In this document: one piece after another, positions 43,258-54,900 of the stretch
Numbering within the stretch: position 1 is the stretch's first letter
Layout: every line of letters starts with the position of its first letter
Assembly: GCA_025057315.1 (NCBI GenBank)
Contig: JANWXW010000079.1
Span: forward strand, 3,434 to 67,433
Reading direction: 5' to 3'
Length of the DNA: 64,000 bases
Origin: Myxococcota bacterium
GTDB taxonomy: Bacteria; Myxococcota_A; Polyangia; Palsa-1104; JAEUJZ01
The notes under the pieces: generated by a model
What the model was told of the DNA's origin: nothing
Database searches by the model: none
The model's input: only the letters and a program-made list of their open reading frames with translations
Position numbers and translations under genes: made by a program

Positions 43258-43785
43258 ATGGTAGGCTCACCCAGAAGGCTGGCCATCCTGAGCGAGGAGA
43301 CCGTGCAGCGCGGAGCTGCCTCCGAAGAGGACAACCCCTACTGGGAGCTGGAGGAGCCCCCGCCACACCCAGACCCGGCACGGGGCTGCATTCGCCGTGG
43401 GCTGTGCTGCAAGTCGAGCCCCGGCTGGTTTGCTCCGGGCGAGGTTGAGCGAGCAGCTGCTCTTGTGGGGCTGAGCCCGGATGCATTTGTGCGCGCCTAC
43501 GTCGTCATCGACCAGGTCGAGATAGAGGGGCAGCGCGTCGAGGCCTTTGTGCCGGTCAAGGTCGGCCGCGATGGCCTGCCTCTGCATCAGCCGGGAACGC
43601 GGGTCGATCGTCTGTACCGCATGCTACGCAGCCCATGCATCTTCTATGATGGCCAGGGCTGTCGCATCTATCCTGCCCGGCCGATCGAGTGCCGCCGCTA
43701 CGTCTGCACGCAGGCGCCGGAGGACAACTTGTCTCATGAGGAGATCGGGCGCATGTGGCTGAGCGGGACGGTGCCTTCAGAGTAG
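43258..43785 (+). CDS. YkgJ-family (CxxCxxCC) cysteine-cluster protein
   Basis: CIRRGLCC and CIFY...CRIYPARPIECRRYVC; TAAcATG junction with tldE. Confidence 0.8.
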   Translation: MVGSPRRLAILSEETVQRGAASEEDNPYWELEEPPPHPDPARGCIRRGLCCKSSPGWFAPGEVERAAALVGLSPDAFVRAYVVIDQVEIEGQRVEAFVPVKVGRDGLPLHQPGTRVDRLYRMLRSPCIFYDGQGCRIYPARPIECRRYVCTQAPEDNLSHEEIGRMWLSGTVPSE

Positions 43786-43799
43786 GCTATGTTGGGGGA

Positions 43800-44255
43800 A
43801 TGGATATCCCTCACGTAGAAGACTTCGCGCCGCTGCTCAACCAGGCTCTCGACGGCTGGCTCCGCGCCATGGAGGTCCGATTCGTCCGTGCGACTGCGGA
43901 CGAGGTGATCGCGGAGTGGGATGTCGCCGCCCAGCACCGACAAGCATACGGCCTCGTGCACGGCGGCGTGCATGCGGGCGTGGCAGAGAGCATCGCATCG
44001 GTCGGCGCGGCGCTGTATGCCATGCCCCATGGTCTGTCCGTCGTAGGGCTGGAAAATCACACCTCCTTCGTGCGGGCCGTCCGACAAGGGCGTTTGTCCG
44101 CGACGGCGCGACCTCTGCACCGCGGACGCAGGACCCAGCTGTGGGAGGCTGCCATTCAGGATGCGCAGGGGCGCTTGGTGGCCACATCCCGCGTGCGGCT
44201 CCTGTGCCTGGAGGCCGGCACCGAGGTGGCAGGGGAGAAGCTCAGCTTGGGCTGA
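43800..44255 (+). CDS. PaaI-family hotdog-fold thioesterase
   Basis: HRQAYGLVHGGVHAGVAES, VVGLENHTSFVRAV, GRRTQLW. Confidence 0.9.
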   Translation: MDIPHVEDFAPLLNQALDGWLRAMEVRFVRATADEVIAEWDVAAQHRQAYGLVHGGVHAGVAESIASVGAALYAMPHGLSVVGLENHTSFVRAVRQGRLSATARPLHRGRRTQLWEAAIQDAQGRLVATSRVRLLCLEAGTEVAGEKLSLG

Positions 44256-44510
44256 GCGGGGGGCGATCCACTCCAGCAGCGATGGGCTCGGGACCACCGG
44301 AGGCAGGCCTGTTCGTTGCTTTCGCGGGGCTGCAGCGCACCGCAAACCGGTCTGACAATGGTTCGACCATGATCGCATGCATGTCTCTGGGTTGCCCCTG
44401 ACACGGCCCAATTGATCCTACATTTCCACCGCTTATGTCTGTGGCCGGGCAATTCGAGGGGAAGAGGCCATTTGTCGCCCCCCTTCCTGTTTTTACTTTA
44501 AGTATTTATC

Positions 44511-44525
44511 TGGCTTTTCTTCTGC
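44511..44525 (+). promoter_or_regulatory. Candidate sigma54 (-24/-12) promoter of the S8 protease
   Basis: TGGCTTTTCTTCTGC has GG-N10-GC spacing, follows an AT-rich tract and lies about 77 bp upstream of the ATG. Confidence 0.3.
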
Positions 44526-44601
44526 TGGGGGAAGCGGGTAGGATGCTGCGCATCAGGCGCAGCCTGATAAGGCCCCTAACTTCACATTGCAGGAGGGCTA
44601 G

Positions 44602-47600
44602 ATGGAACGTCCTACACGGCTTCTGTGGCTATTGCCCGCGCTGATGCTCGCCTGCGGCCAGGTTGACGAGAGCAAACCGGGTACGCAGCCAAGTGGAGCT
44701 AGGTCATCGCCCCTCGGTACGACCAAGACGGTGTGGGTGATCATGAAGCGCCAGGCCAACCTGCGCGCGGCACACACCATCAAGGACTGGAAGGCGCGCG
44801 GCGAGTACGTCGTCGCACAGCTGCGAGGGGAGGCGGTCACAGCACAGGCAGGCGTACAATCTCTGCTCGCGCTCCGAGGCGCCAAGTACGAGAGCTTCTG
44901 GATCGTCAACGCGCTGAAGGTGACGGCCGACCAGGAGACGATCGCCGCGGTGTCGCAGCACCCTGACGTGGCGGCCGTCGTCGCCGATCAGACCTTTACC
45001 ATCCCGCAGCCGATCCGCAGCAAGCCCCTGCCGAAGACCGATACAGTAGAGTGGAATCTGACCAACATCCGTGCCCCGCTGGCTTGGTCGACCTTTGGCG
45101 CCCGCGGCCAGGGTGTGGTGGTCGCCAACATCGACACCGGCGTGGCTTATACCCACCCAGCGCTGGTCATGAAGTACCGAGGCCGGCGCCCGGACGGTAC
45201 CTTCGACCACAACTACAACTGGTTCGACCCTGCCAACATCTGCGGCGGTGTGCCCTGCGACAATGCCGAGCATGGCACCCACACCATGGGCACCATGGTC
45301 GGCGACGACGGCGATCCGGGCCCGAACCAGATTGGCGTCGCCCCGGCGGCCAAGTGGATCGCAGCCAAGGGCTGCGAGAGCAACTCCTGCTCCGCCTCAT
45401 CGCTGCTGGCCTCGGGACAGTGGATCCTCGAGCCGCGCGACTCCAACGGTCAGAATCCGCGTCCGGACCTCCGTCCCCACGTCGTGAACAACTCCTGGGG
45501 CGGCGGCCCCAACAATCCCTGGTATCAGCAGGTGGTTCAGGCCTGGGTGGCGGCGGGCATCTTCCCCGTGTTTTCCAATGGCAACGGGGGACCGGCCTGT
45601 GGCAGCTCGGGCTCGCCTGGCGACTACCCCGAAAGCTACTCGGTGGGGGCTTACGACATCAACAACAACATCGCCTCGTTCTCGGCGCGTGGCCCGTCGC
45701 CCTTTGGCGGGATCATCAAGCCGAACATCGCCGGCCCGGGCGTCAACGTCCGCAGCAGCGTCCCCGGCGGCGGCTACGAGAGCTTCAGCGGCACCTCGAT
45801 GTCTGCGCCCCATGTGGCCGGTACGGTGGCGCTGGTCTTGTCTGTGGCTCCGTCCCTCATCGGTGACATCCCCGGCATTCGTGCTCTGCTCGATAGGACC
45901 GCGGTGGATGTAAACGACACGAGCTGCGGCGGGACCCCGGCCAACAACAACGTCTGGGGCCAGGGGCGGCTGGATGCATTCGCCGCGGTGGACAACGCCC
46001 CGCGCGGCCCGACGGGGACCTTGGCTGGCACTGTGCGGAGCGGTGGGAGCCCCATCCCCGGTGCTCAGGTGCGGGCCCAGGGACCCAGCACTCGCCTGAC
46101 CGAAACCGACGACGCCGGCGCCTACAGCATGCTGCTGCCGGTGGGAACCTATTCCGTCACGGCCAGCGCCTTTGGGTACATCCCGCAGACGGTCGGCGGC
46201 GTCAACATCGTGCAGGACTCCACCACCACGCTGAACTTCTCGCTTGTGTCTGCCCCACGCCACAATGTGAGCGGCACGGTCCGGGACAACAATGGAAACC
46301 CCCTGGCCGGAGTGCGCATCACCGTGCTGAACACTCCTCTCCCCTCGGTCACGACCGGGGCCGATGGCCGCTACTCCATCCCGGGCGTGCCCGTGGGCAC
46401 CTATCAGGTGTCGGCTGTGGGCAGCCGCTGCTTCCAGGGCCAGACCGCGGAGCTCGTGGTGGACGGGCCGGAGACCCTTGACTTCACGCTGCCGCAGCGG
46501 CGTGACAGCTTCGGCTACTTCTGCGTGAGCGCCCCCTTCAATTACATCGAGGCCAATACCCCCATCTCGCTCAGCGGCGACGATGCCTCGACGCCCGTGA
46601 CGCTGCCCTTCCCGTTTGTTCACTACGGGCAGACCTACACCACGGCACATGTGTCGACCAACGGCTTCCTAAACTTCCTGGGGCCCAACGCTTCCTTCTC
46701 CAACACCACGATTCCCAACACTTCCCCACCCAACGCAGCCATCTACCCGTTCTGGGATGATCTCATCGTCGATGGCAACTCTAGCGTTCGCACGGCGACC
46801 ATTGGCTCTGCGCCCAACCGCAAGTTCGTCATCGAGTGGCGCAACGTTCGCTTCTTTAGCAACGCCAGCAAGCGCCTCGACTTCGAGGTCGTGCTCCATG
46901 AGAACGGGCACATCCTCATGCAGTACCGCAACATTGCCAACGATGCGGAGGAGATGGGCAGCTCGGCCACCATCGGCATCGAGGACCACACCGGTACGGT
47001 GGCCCTCCAGTACGCCAGCGGGGAGGCCGCCATCGAGAACAACTCGGCGACGCTGTACCGGCTGCCGCCCTCGGGCTTCATCCAGGGCAGCATCACCGAC
47101 GCCAACGATGGACGTCCAGTCCGTGGGGCGCAGATCCGCGCGCTGCAAAACGGCGAGCAGATTCGTACCACCCAGTCGGCTGCAGATGGGACCTACCGAC
47201 TCCAGGTGCCGGTGGGCTCCTACACCATCGAGGCTTCGGCCAGCAACTATAGCGTCGAGACAGCGACGGCCAACGTGGAAGAGGATGCCCAGGTCATCCG
47301 CAACTTCGCGCTGCGCACACCACGCGCTGAGGCCCGGCCCGGGGCGCTGCAGCTCATCGTGCCACAGGGCAGGCAGCGCCGCCGCATCATCACGCTGCGC
47401 AACACCGGAACGCTGGAGATGACCTGGCAGCTTGGCGAGAGCGGCGGTCGGCCGGCAGCGACGGTCTCCAACATGGACAAGAAGCGCAACCCAGATGCCG
47501 ATCCCAATGCCCGCGACACCCGGGGTCTGTTCGCCGGTGAGGTTCACGCCGGCTGGAGGCCCGATGCGCCTGGCGACATCATCCGCTCCTTCCCGCCGGT

Positions 47601-48936
47601 CGGACTGGCGCTCGCCTGGGGCGTCGGCTACACGGGCAATGTCTGGCTGTCGGATGTGCCCAACAACCGGCGCAACCACGAGTTCACGCCCCAGGGCTCT
47701 CCCACCGGTCGCAACTGGCCGACCCCGTGGGCGGGCGCCTGGCCCGGCGACATGGCATGGGATTCGCGCCACAACGCCATGTGCCAGGTCAATGTCGGTG
47801 GCGACAACGGCATCTACTGCTGGGACATCGCCACGGGCAACGTCACTGGCAGCATCACCGGGGCGTTCCCCTGGACCAGCACCTCGCAGCGCGGCCTGGC
47901 CTACCGTCCCGACGATGATAGCTTCTACATCGGCGGGTGGAACCAGGGCACGATCTATCACATCAAGGGCCTGTCACACGCCGACAAGGGCGCCGTCATC
48001 GACAGCTGCCGCCCGGCCGACGGGAGCATCTCCGGCCTGGCCTACAACCCGGCGTCGGAGACGCTGTGGGTGGCGACCAACAGCCAGACGGACACGATGT
48101 ATCAGCTCAACCCGGCTGACTGCACGGTCCTGTCCACGCTGGCCCACCCCACGCCCGGCTTTAAGGGCGCGGGCATGGAGATGGCCGAGGACGGCAACCT
48201 GTGGATCATCAGCCAGAGCCCGAACATGGTCTACCTCATCGACAGCGGCGTGCCGGCCTTCAACGACGTGCCGTGGATGAACGTCTCGCCCACCCGCGGC
48301 ACCCTGCCGCCGGGCGCCAGCGTGAACATCGAGGTCTCGGTGGACACGACCGGCCTCAACGTGGGCACCTATTTGGCAGCGCTGTTCATCCGTAGCAACA
48401 GCGCCCGGGAGTCCTCGATGCGCATCCCGGTGAGCCTCATCGTGCCCCAGTTCCAGAAGGGCGTAAACTCCGGCAGCAGCGTCACCTACGTCGATCACCT
48501 GGGCGACCCCTGGGTTCGCGACAAGATGTACCGTCCAGGCGACTGGGGTTACCTGCGGGAGAATGGGAACTATGTTACCCATCTTCCAATCCGTGGCACG
48601 GTCGATCAGGCGCTGTTCCGCACCCAGCGGGTGGACCCGTATGCCTACCGATTCGACGGGCTGCCCAATGGCATGTACAGCGTGGAGCTGAGGTTCGCCG
48701 AGCTGGAAGACACTCCGCCAGGTGAGCGGCTGTTTGATGTCATCGTCCAGAACCAGCTGGTGCTGCCGGCGTACGACATCGCCTTCTCGGTGGGCAACCT
48801 GACCGCGGACTACCACACCTTCTTCGTGCCCGTCACAAACGGTCGGCTGGACGTGCGCTTCATCCCGCGCGGCTTCCTCTACCCGCCGCCGGTGATCAAC
48901 TCGATTCGCGTCACCCACCGTCCAGACCGCCAATAG
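44602..48936 (+). CDS. S8 (subtilase, bacillopeptidase F-like) lipoprotein with carboxypeptidase-regulatory-like repeats, a propeller-like region and a C-terminal malectin-like domain
   Basis: SD AGGAGG; lipobox MLAC; triad IDTG, HGTHTMG, GTSMSAPH; C-terminal Y.VELRFAE...ERLFDV. Confidence 0.9.
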   Translation: MERPTRLLWLLPALMLACGQVDESKPGTQPSGARSSPLGTTKTVWVIMKRQANLRAAHTIKDWKARGEYVVAQLRGEAVTAQAGVQSLLALRGAKYESFWIVNALKVTADQETIAAVSQHPDVAAVVADQTFTIPQPIRSKPLPKTDTVEWNLTNIRAPLAWSTFGARGQGVVVANIDTGVAYTHPALVMKYRGRRPDGTFDHNYNWFDPANICGGVPCDNAEHGTHTMGTMVGDDGDPGPNQIGVAPAAKWIAAKGCESNSCSASSLLASGQWILEPRDSNGQNPRPDLRPHVVNNSWGGGPNNPWYQQVVQAWVAAGIFPVFSNGNGGPACGSSGSPGDYPESYSVGAYDINNNIASFSARGPSPFGGIIKPNIAGPGVNVRSSVPGGGYESFSGTSMSAPHVAGTVALVLSVAPSLIGDIPGIRALLDRTAVDVNDTSCGGTPANNNVWGQGRLDAFAAVDNAPRGPTGTLAGTVRSGGSPIPGAQVRAQGPSTRLTETDDAGAYSMLLPVGTYSVTASAFGYIPQTVGGVNIVQDSTTTLNFSLVSAPRHNVSGTVRDNNGNPLAGVRITVLNTPLPSVTTGADGRYSIPGVPVGTYQVSAVGSRCFQGQTAELVVDGPETLDFTLPQRRDSFGYFCVSAPFNYIEANTPISLSGDDASTPVTLPFPFVHYGQTYTTAHVSTNGFLNFLGPNASFSNTTIPNTSPPNAAIYPFWDDLIVDGNSSVRTATIGSAPNRKFVIEWRNVRFFSNASKRLDFEVVLHENGHILMQYRNIANDAEEMGSSATIGIEDHTGTVALQYASGEAAIENNSATLYRLPPSGFIQGSITDANDGRPVRGAQIRALQNGEQIRTTQSAADGTYRLQVPVGSYTIEASASNYSVETATANVEEDAQVIRNFALRTPRAEARPGALQLIVPQGRQRRRIITLRNTGTLEMTWQLGESGGRPAATVSNMDKKRNPDADPNARDTRGLFAGEVHAGWRPDAPGDIIRSFPPVGLALAWGVGYTGNVWLSDVPNNRRNHEFTPQGSPTGRNWPTPWAGAWPGDMAWDSRHNAMCQVNVGGDNGIYCWDIATGNVTGSITGAFPWTSTSQRGLAYRPDDDSFYIGGWNQGTIYHIKGLSHADKGAVIDSCRPADGSISGLAYNPASETLWVATNSQTDTMYQLNPADCTVLSTLAHPTPGFKGAGMEMAEDGNLWIISQSPNMVYLIDSGVPAFNDVPWMNVSPTRGTLPPGASVNIEVSVDTTGLNVGTYLAALFIRSNSARESSMRIPVSLIVPQFQKGVNSGSSVTYVDHLGDPWVRDKMYRPGDWGYLRENGNYVTHLPIRGTVDQALFRTQRVDPYAYRFDGLPNGMYSVELRFAELEDTPPGERLFDVIVQNQLVLPAYDIAFSVGNLTADYHTFFVPVTNGRLDVRFIPRGFLYPPPVINSIRVTHRPDRQ

Positions 48937-49118
48937 CCCTCTCCCTGCCGCCGGACCTCGCCGCGTCCGGCGCCGCCCCTGTCTTCCCCTCATTCCGTCG
49001 ATCCTGGAGAGATTGAACCAGCTCCCTGGTCCCCCGGGGGGGCCCCCTCTGCCTTTCTGCGGGCCGAGGTGCCATGCGGCCCTGCCCCCGACCCACGCCG
49101 GCCAGGGTAGCGGTCTGC

Positions 49119-51836
49119 TCAACTGCAGTCAGCCCAGTTGGGCCCCATGCCCACATCGACACGAAGCGGCACGTTGAGCTGGAGGGCTCCCTCCATGGCC
49201 TCGCGCACCAGCGCGGCAGCAGTGGGCGCTCGCGCCTGCTCGGCCTCCAGCACCAGCTCATCGTGGACTGTCAGCAGCATCCGTGTTCCGGCCACTTCTG
49301 GACTGGAGTCCAAGCGGCGCTGCACAGCGATCATGGCCAGCTTGAGGATGTCTGCCGCGGTGCCCTGAAGGGGCGTGTTTTTCGCCATGCGCTCGGCATA
49401 GGCCCGCGCCTGGTAGTTGCGCGCATGGATGTCTGGCAATGGGCGGAAGCGCCCCAGGACCGTGCGTGCGCCGCCCTCGGTCCGCGCCCGCTCGACCAGC
49501 TCGTTTAGGAAGGTGTAGACCCTGCTGTAACGTGCAAAGTAGCTCTCGATGTATCGCTTCGCCTCGCTGCGCTCGATGCCTAGCCGGGTGGCCAGCCCGT
49601 AGTCGGTCAGCCCATAGATGATGCCGTAGTTGATCATCTTGGCTGCACGGCGCATCTCCGGCCGCCGCCCCGCCTCGCCAAAGACCTCGACCGCGGTGCG
49701 CTCGTGCACATCCTGGCCACGCTGGAAGGTCTCGACCAGGAGCGGATCGCCCGACAGGTGCGCCAGCACCCGCAGCTCGATCTGCGAGTAGTCCGCGGTG
49801 ATCAACAGATGCCCGGGCGGAGCGATGAAGGCACGGCGAATGGCCTGGCCCAGCTCGCTGCGGATGGGCACGTTCTGAAGGTTCGGCTCCGTCGAGGAGA
49901 GCCGACCCGTTGCGGCCACGGTCTGCTGGTAGCTGGTGTGCAGGCGCCCGGTGCGTGGGTCGACGAGCTGCGGCAGTTGATCAATATACGTATTTTTCAG
50001 CTTGAGCAGCCCTCGGTGCTCATGGATTCGAGCAGCGATGGGGTGTAGCTCTGCCAGCTGCTCCAACACCTCGGCATCTGTGGACAGTCCGGTCTTGGTT
50101 TTCTTCACCGGAGGCAACCCCAGCTTCTCGAAGAGCAGCTCCTGCAGCTGCTTGGGCGAGGACAGGTTGACCTCGTAGCCGGCCTCCTGCTGCACCGCCC
50201 TCTCCAGGGCCCGCACCTGGGCTGCCACTTGCTCCGAGAGACGGTACAGAACCGTGGCGTCGAGCAGGACGCCGTGCTGCTCAATTGTCGCCAGCACCCG
50301 CGCCAGCGGCAGCTCCACCTCATCGAGCAACTTGCGTCCTGCCGCATCCAGCCGCTCACGCAGCGTAGGACCCAACAGCAGCGCCGTCATCGCCTCGGCC
50401 CCGGCCATCTCGGCCACCTGGGCAATCTCTACCGCCTCCAGCGCTACTGCGCGCTTTCCCCTAGGCGCCACCTCTGCGCGTGAGGGCAACGACAGCCCTA
50501 GGTGCTTGCGAGCCAGCGCAGGCAGGCTATGGTCCTGGGCAGGATCAAGAAGATAAGAGCACAATGCTGGGTCTGCCAAGATGCCCCGAAGAGACAGGCC
50601 GACTCGATCTAGGGCCAGCAGCGCGTCCTTGGCTCCGCAGACAAACTTTGGCACCTGCTCATCGGCCAGCAGTGGCCCCAGAGCGGCGACCACGCGCGAC
50701 GGTTCCAGCTGGGGCGGCGCACCGAGGTAGCGATGCCCCATGGGGATATAGGCCGGGGGCATGTCCCTGACAGACAGGGCCACTCCGCACAGCGGTGCCG
50801 TACGTGCAGCATGGGGATCGGTACCACCTATCTGCACCGAGAGGCCGAGGCCATCTCCCGCGCGGGCGCGCAGCGCGGCTGCCAGCTCGATCAGGCTGGC
50901 CTCCTCGGTCACCACCTGGCTGGGGCGCGCGGCCGGCACGGCCGTGGCGGTCACCGACGGTGCTCCCCGCGGGGAAAGCTGGGCGAGCAACCGCTGGAAC
51001 TCCAGCTCGCGCAGCACCTCGGCCAGCTGCTCATGATGCAGATCGCCACAGCGCAGCTGCTCCAACGTCACATCAAGCGCCACGTCCTCATCCAGGGCCA
51101 CCAGACGCCGGGCCAGGCGGACGCTCTGCTCATGCTCTTTGAGCAAGGCGCGGATGCGGTCCGCGCCGCGCACCTGGATTCTGTCCAGGTGCCGATATAG
51201 CTCATCAATGGAACCAAACTGCCGGATGAGCTGGGCCGCGGTCTTGGGGCCGATGCCGGGCACACCGGGCACGTTGTCGCTGGCATCGCCCATGAGCGCC
51301 AGCAGATCGCCTAGCTGCTCGGGGGGCACGCCGAACTTCTCCTCCACCTCAGCAGGCCCATAGAGGCGCCCCTGCCCACCCTCCTTCATCGTATCGTAGA
51401 CCACAACGTTTGGGCCGCACAGCTGCATCAGGTCTTTATCCGACGACACGATGACCACCCGCAGCCCTGCTTCACGACCCCGCCGCGCCAGGGTCGCCAG
51501 CACATCGTCTGCCTCGGCATCTCTTGCGTCGAGAACTTGAATTCCCATTGCCTGAACCACTCGACGGGCCAGGTCAAACTGTGGCCGCAGGTCCTCTGGG
51601 CACTCGGCCCGATTGGCCTTGTACTGTGGGAAAACCTCCGCCCGGACGGAGCGACCTCCGGCATCGAAGACCACGGCCAAATGGCTGGGCCGCTGCTCGC
51701 CGACGAGCTTCAGGAGCATGCTGGTAAACCCAAAGACCGCGCCGGTGGGCGTGCCCGCGCTGGTGCTCATCGGGGGCAACGCATGATAGGCGCGAAAGAG
51801 GAAGTTCGAACCGTCGACGAGATAGAGGGTGTCCAC
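49119..51836 (-). CDS. polA: DNA polymerase I
   Basis: LVDGS..LFRAYHA, EADD, GDASDNVPGVPGIG 5'-3' exonuclease; TGRLSS, DYSQIELR, KMINYGIIYG, VHDEL. Confidence 0.97.
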   Translation of the reverse strand: MDTLYLVDGSNFLFRAYHALPPMSTSAGTPTGAVFGFTSMLLKLVGEQRPSHLAVVFDAGGRSVRAEVFPQYKANRAECPEDLRPQFDLARRVVQAMGIQVLDARDAEADDVLATLARRGREAGLRVVIVSSDKDLMQLCGPNVVVYDTMKEGGQGRLYGPAEVEEKFGVPPEQLGDLLALMGDASDNVPGVPGIGPKTAAQLIRQFGSIDELYRHLDRIQVRGADRIRALLKEHEQSVRLARRLVALDEDVALDVTLEQLRCGDLHHEQLAEVLRELEFQRLLAQLSPRGAPSVTATAVPAARPSQVVTEEASLIELAAALRARAGDGLGLSVQIGGTDPHAARTAPLCGVALSVRDMPPAYIPMGHRYLGAPPQLEPSRVVAALGPLLADEQVPKFVCGAKDALLALDRVGLSLRGILADPALCSYLLDPAQDHSLPALARKHLGLSLPSRAEVAPRGKRAVALEAVEIAQVAEMAGAEAMTALLLGPTLRERLDAAGRKLLDEVELPLARVLATIEQHGVLLDATVLYRLSEQVAAQVRALERAVQQEAGYEVNLSSPKQLQELLFEKLGLPPVKKTKTGLSTDAEVLEQLAELHPIAARIHEHRGLLKLKNTYIDQLPQLVDPRTGRLHTSYQQTVAATGRLSSTEPNLQNVPIRSELGQAIRRAFIAPPGHLLITADYSQIELRVLAHLSGDPLLVETFQRGQDVHERTAVEVFGEAGRRPEMRRAAKMINYGIIYGLTDYGLATRLGIERSEAKRYIESYFARYSRVYTFLNELVERARTEGGARTVLGRFRPLPDIHARNYQARAYAERMAKNTPLQGTAADILKLAMIAVQRRLDSSPEVAGTRMLLTVHDELVLEAEQARAPTAAALVREAMEGALQLNVPLRVDVGMGPNWADCS

Positions 51837-51940
51837 GGCGGCACTGTATCATGCCGCCAGGGCCGGCCGTTCGGCAGAGCTGCTCATGCGTGCTACCCTT
51901 ACGCATTGCAGTGCCTGAAGACCGCCGCATACGGCCGCTG

Positions 51941-54900
51941 GTGACTCCGCTGCAGCGGACGCTCGTACGTCGCGTCCTCCAGCTCTTGGCCGGCCTCATG
52001 CTGCTCTGGCTTGGGCTGTACATGGGGCTGAACGACCGGCGACTGGGTGCCCTCGTGAGCAAGGTCGTAACCGGCAGCGTGCGGGGGACCTTCCACCTGG
52101 GCTATGTCCATTATGACTACTGGAGCAGCTTTGCCTCCTTGATTCTGAACACCCCGGCTCCCGTCCGGGGGGGCGACTACGAGCTGCGTGACCCCGACGG
52201 GGCGCTGGTCCTGAGGGTGGAGCGGGTGGAGGGCGAGCTGTACATCGGCCAGCTGGTGCGCAGCCTGTTGCGGACCGCTGTCAGTGCCCCCTTCAAGCGG
52301 GGCGTGTTCGTCGACCTTCGCTTTAGCCGGGGGCGCATCACCGGCGGCCACGCCGACATCCACCCGACGGCCTCGTCGCTCCAGACCAGCCCGGACCGAC
52401 CGGAGGTCAACATCGTCGCTGCCATGTCCTCCAAGACCCCGAAGCCAGACGGCCCCGGGCGCATCCGCATCATCCTGGAGGGCGATGGCGTGGCTTTGGA
52501 GGAAGTGCAGCTGCGGATGAGCATGGGGTCCTGGCTCGCACAACTGGACGGCGTGGGCGGTGTGGCCACCCTGCGCTTCTCGTCGGCGTCCAGCGAGACC
52601 CGTCCGGGCAGGCCGGCCTTTGTCTTCAGCGTGATGCCGCTTCGTGCCCGCAGCGGCGAGCTGGTGCTGGCTCCCCCGCCGGCCGACCTGCCCCCGGACC
52701 GCCCCAACCCGTTCGCTTTCTCGCTGCGCGACATCGACCTGCGCCACTTCCGTGCACGCCCCAGCCAGCCCCAGGAGCTGACCTTCCGTGGCCGGGTCCA
52801 CGTGGCCCCGATTGCAGCAAGGACGAATGGGCCGCAAGAAGCGCTCTTTGAATTGAGAGGAAAACTTCTCGATTCGTTTTGCGATGCAGGTGTTGATCTA
52901 GAGATCAGCTTCCGCGATGCCGGCTCCCTGCTGGCACAGATCAGCAGCGGCATGCTCTTTGGCCCGGCGCGCGGTCGCCTGCACATCTACGGCCCCTTCT
53001 CGCAGGCCCAGCCCACCTTACCAGATGGTCGCCCACATCCCTGCCTGGCCGAGCGCCGCTCGCCCTACCTGCCCAGCAGCGATGAGCGAACCGTGATCAT
53101 CGAGGGCAACGTGGCGGACGTGGAAGCGCAGGCCGCAGGTATCCACCTGACCGAGGCCAGCTCCCAGCTCAGACTGGCCCACGGGGTCCTCCTACTGCCC
53201 CTGGTCACGGCCGAGGCACTCGGGGGGCAGGTGCAGATGGAGCCGCTGCGGATCACCTTCGGCCGCAACCTTCAGTACTGGGCCCAAGTGCGCGCGCAGG
53301 GCACAGACCCTGCCCAGGTGCGCTCGCTTCCACCGTCGCTGCGATCTTTGCTGGCCGGGCGGCTCTCGGGTGGAGTACGAATCCATGGTGCCCTGGACAC
53401 CCAGCGGGGCGGCGAGCGCATCAGGTTCGCCAACCTGGACGTTATGCTTGCGCGCGAGCAGGCCCGAGACCCGTGGCCACGCGAGGTCAACCTAAGGGGG
53501 GACGTGGTCTATAGCCCAGCTCAGGTTACGCTGCGCGGCATGCACCTGGAGGGGGAGGGACTGCGGCTGGAGATTCCCGAAGGATACATTGCGCCCCGAA
53601 GTGGCCGCCTGCGACTGGAGGACGTGTCGCTGGCAGGGGGACCGGTGGCCTCCCGGCTGATCCAGCGCCTCGGCCTCCCAGCAACGGTGGAGGGCTTTGC
53701 AGCAAGGCTCAGGGTGGGTGGCTCCCTGCACAACCCGGTCATCGACCGGGGAGCGCTGGCCGCCCAGGGGCTTACAATCGCCGGACGGCGCATCGACGAG
53801 CTGGCGGCAGGCTTCAGCCTGCAGGACGGCACGTTCCATTTGCAGGATGTGCAGGCACACGGCCTGGGCGGAAGCGCCAGCGCCAGCGGATCGCTCGGGC
53901 TCTTCCGCGGCAGCGTCGACAACCTGCTGTCGGATCCACCGCTGGCTTTGCAAGCGCGCGTGGACGGCGTGACGAGCACAGAGCTGCTGCGCTCGCCTCT
54001 GGTGTCCGGCTCCCTATCGGGGGGGGTACAGATCGCGGGCACGCTGCTCCGACCGACCGGGAGCACATCTGTAGTGGCCAGTCACCTCAAGGTGCTCGGG
54101 GTGCCGGTACATGACATGGTGCTGGACCTGGAGCTGCGGCCAGGCTGGTTCCTGCTCAATTCGCTCTATGCAGCGCTGGGCCACCAGGGGCTCTTCAATG
54201 GCAGCGCCCAGGTTGGTCGCGAGGGCAACATGCCGATGCATGTGACGCTCAGCCCGCACCGCCTGCAGCTCCGCGATGTGCCGGGCATGCACCTGCTCCC
54301 CTATGAGCTGTCCGGCGAGGTGACAGGCAGCCTGGAGGTGCACGGCACGGTCCGCCCGCTCCGCCCCGTGCTCGAAGGGGAGATCCTGCTGAACGACTTC
54401 GGAGTCAGGGGGAGGCCGCTGGCCAGCTTGTCCAGTCCGCCGGGAGAGCCGATGGAGCCGCAGGCCCTCTTCCGCTTGCTGCATGTGACCGTTCGCAGCC
54501 TGACCCTGGGCCACGCGGCACTGCACTTCCGGCCTGCAGGAGAGGCGACCCTCATCTCGGGGACCCTGTTTGATACGTTCGACCTGGACGGCCGCGTCTA
54601 TCTGGACCCGCTCGACCCGCACGGCGAGGTGACCTTGCGCTTCGGCTGCCACGATGGCGAGAACCCTGGCCCCTCGGCGCGGCCGCGGGACTGCGATTTT
54701 CTGGTGCAACGACTCTTGCCTGATCTGCAGCAACTTGGCGACGTAGAACTGCGCACCAGCGGTTCGCTGCAGCTGCGGTTCGGCCACACGCCGCTACCTG
54801 GAGGCCAGCTCGCCGTGCAGGCCACGCTGCGGCTGAGCCGCGTCCTGCTGACGGTAAAGACCGTCGATGACGAAGGCACCGAGCAGTGGTACCGGGTGTT

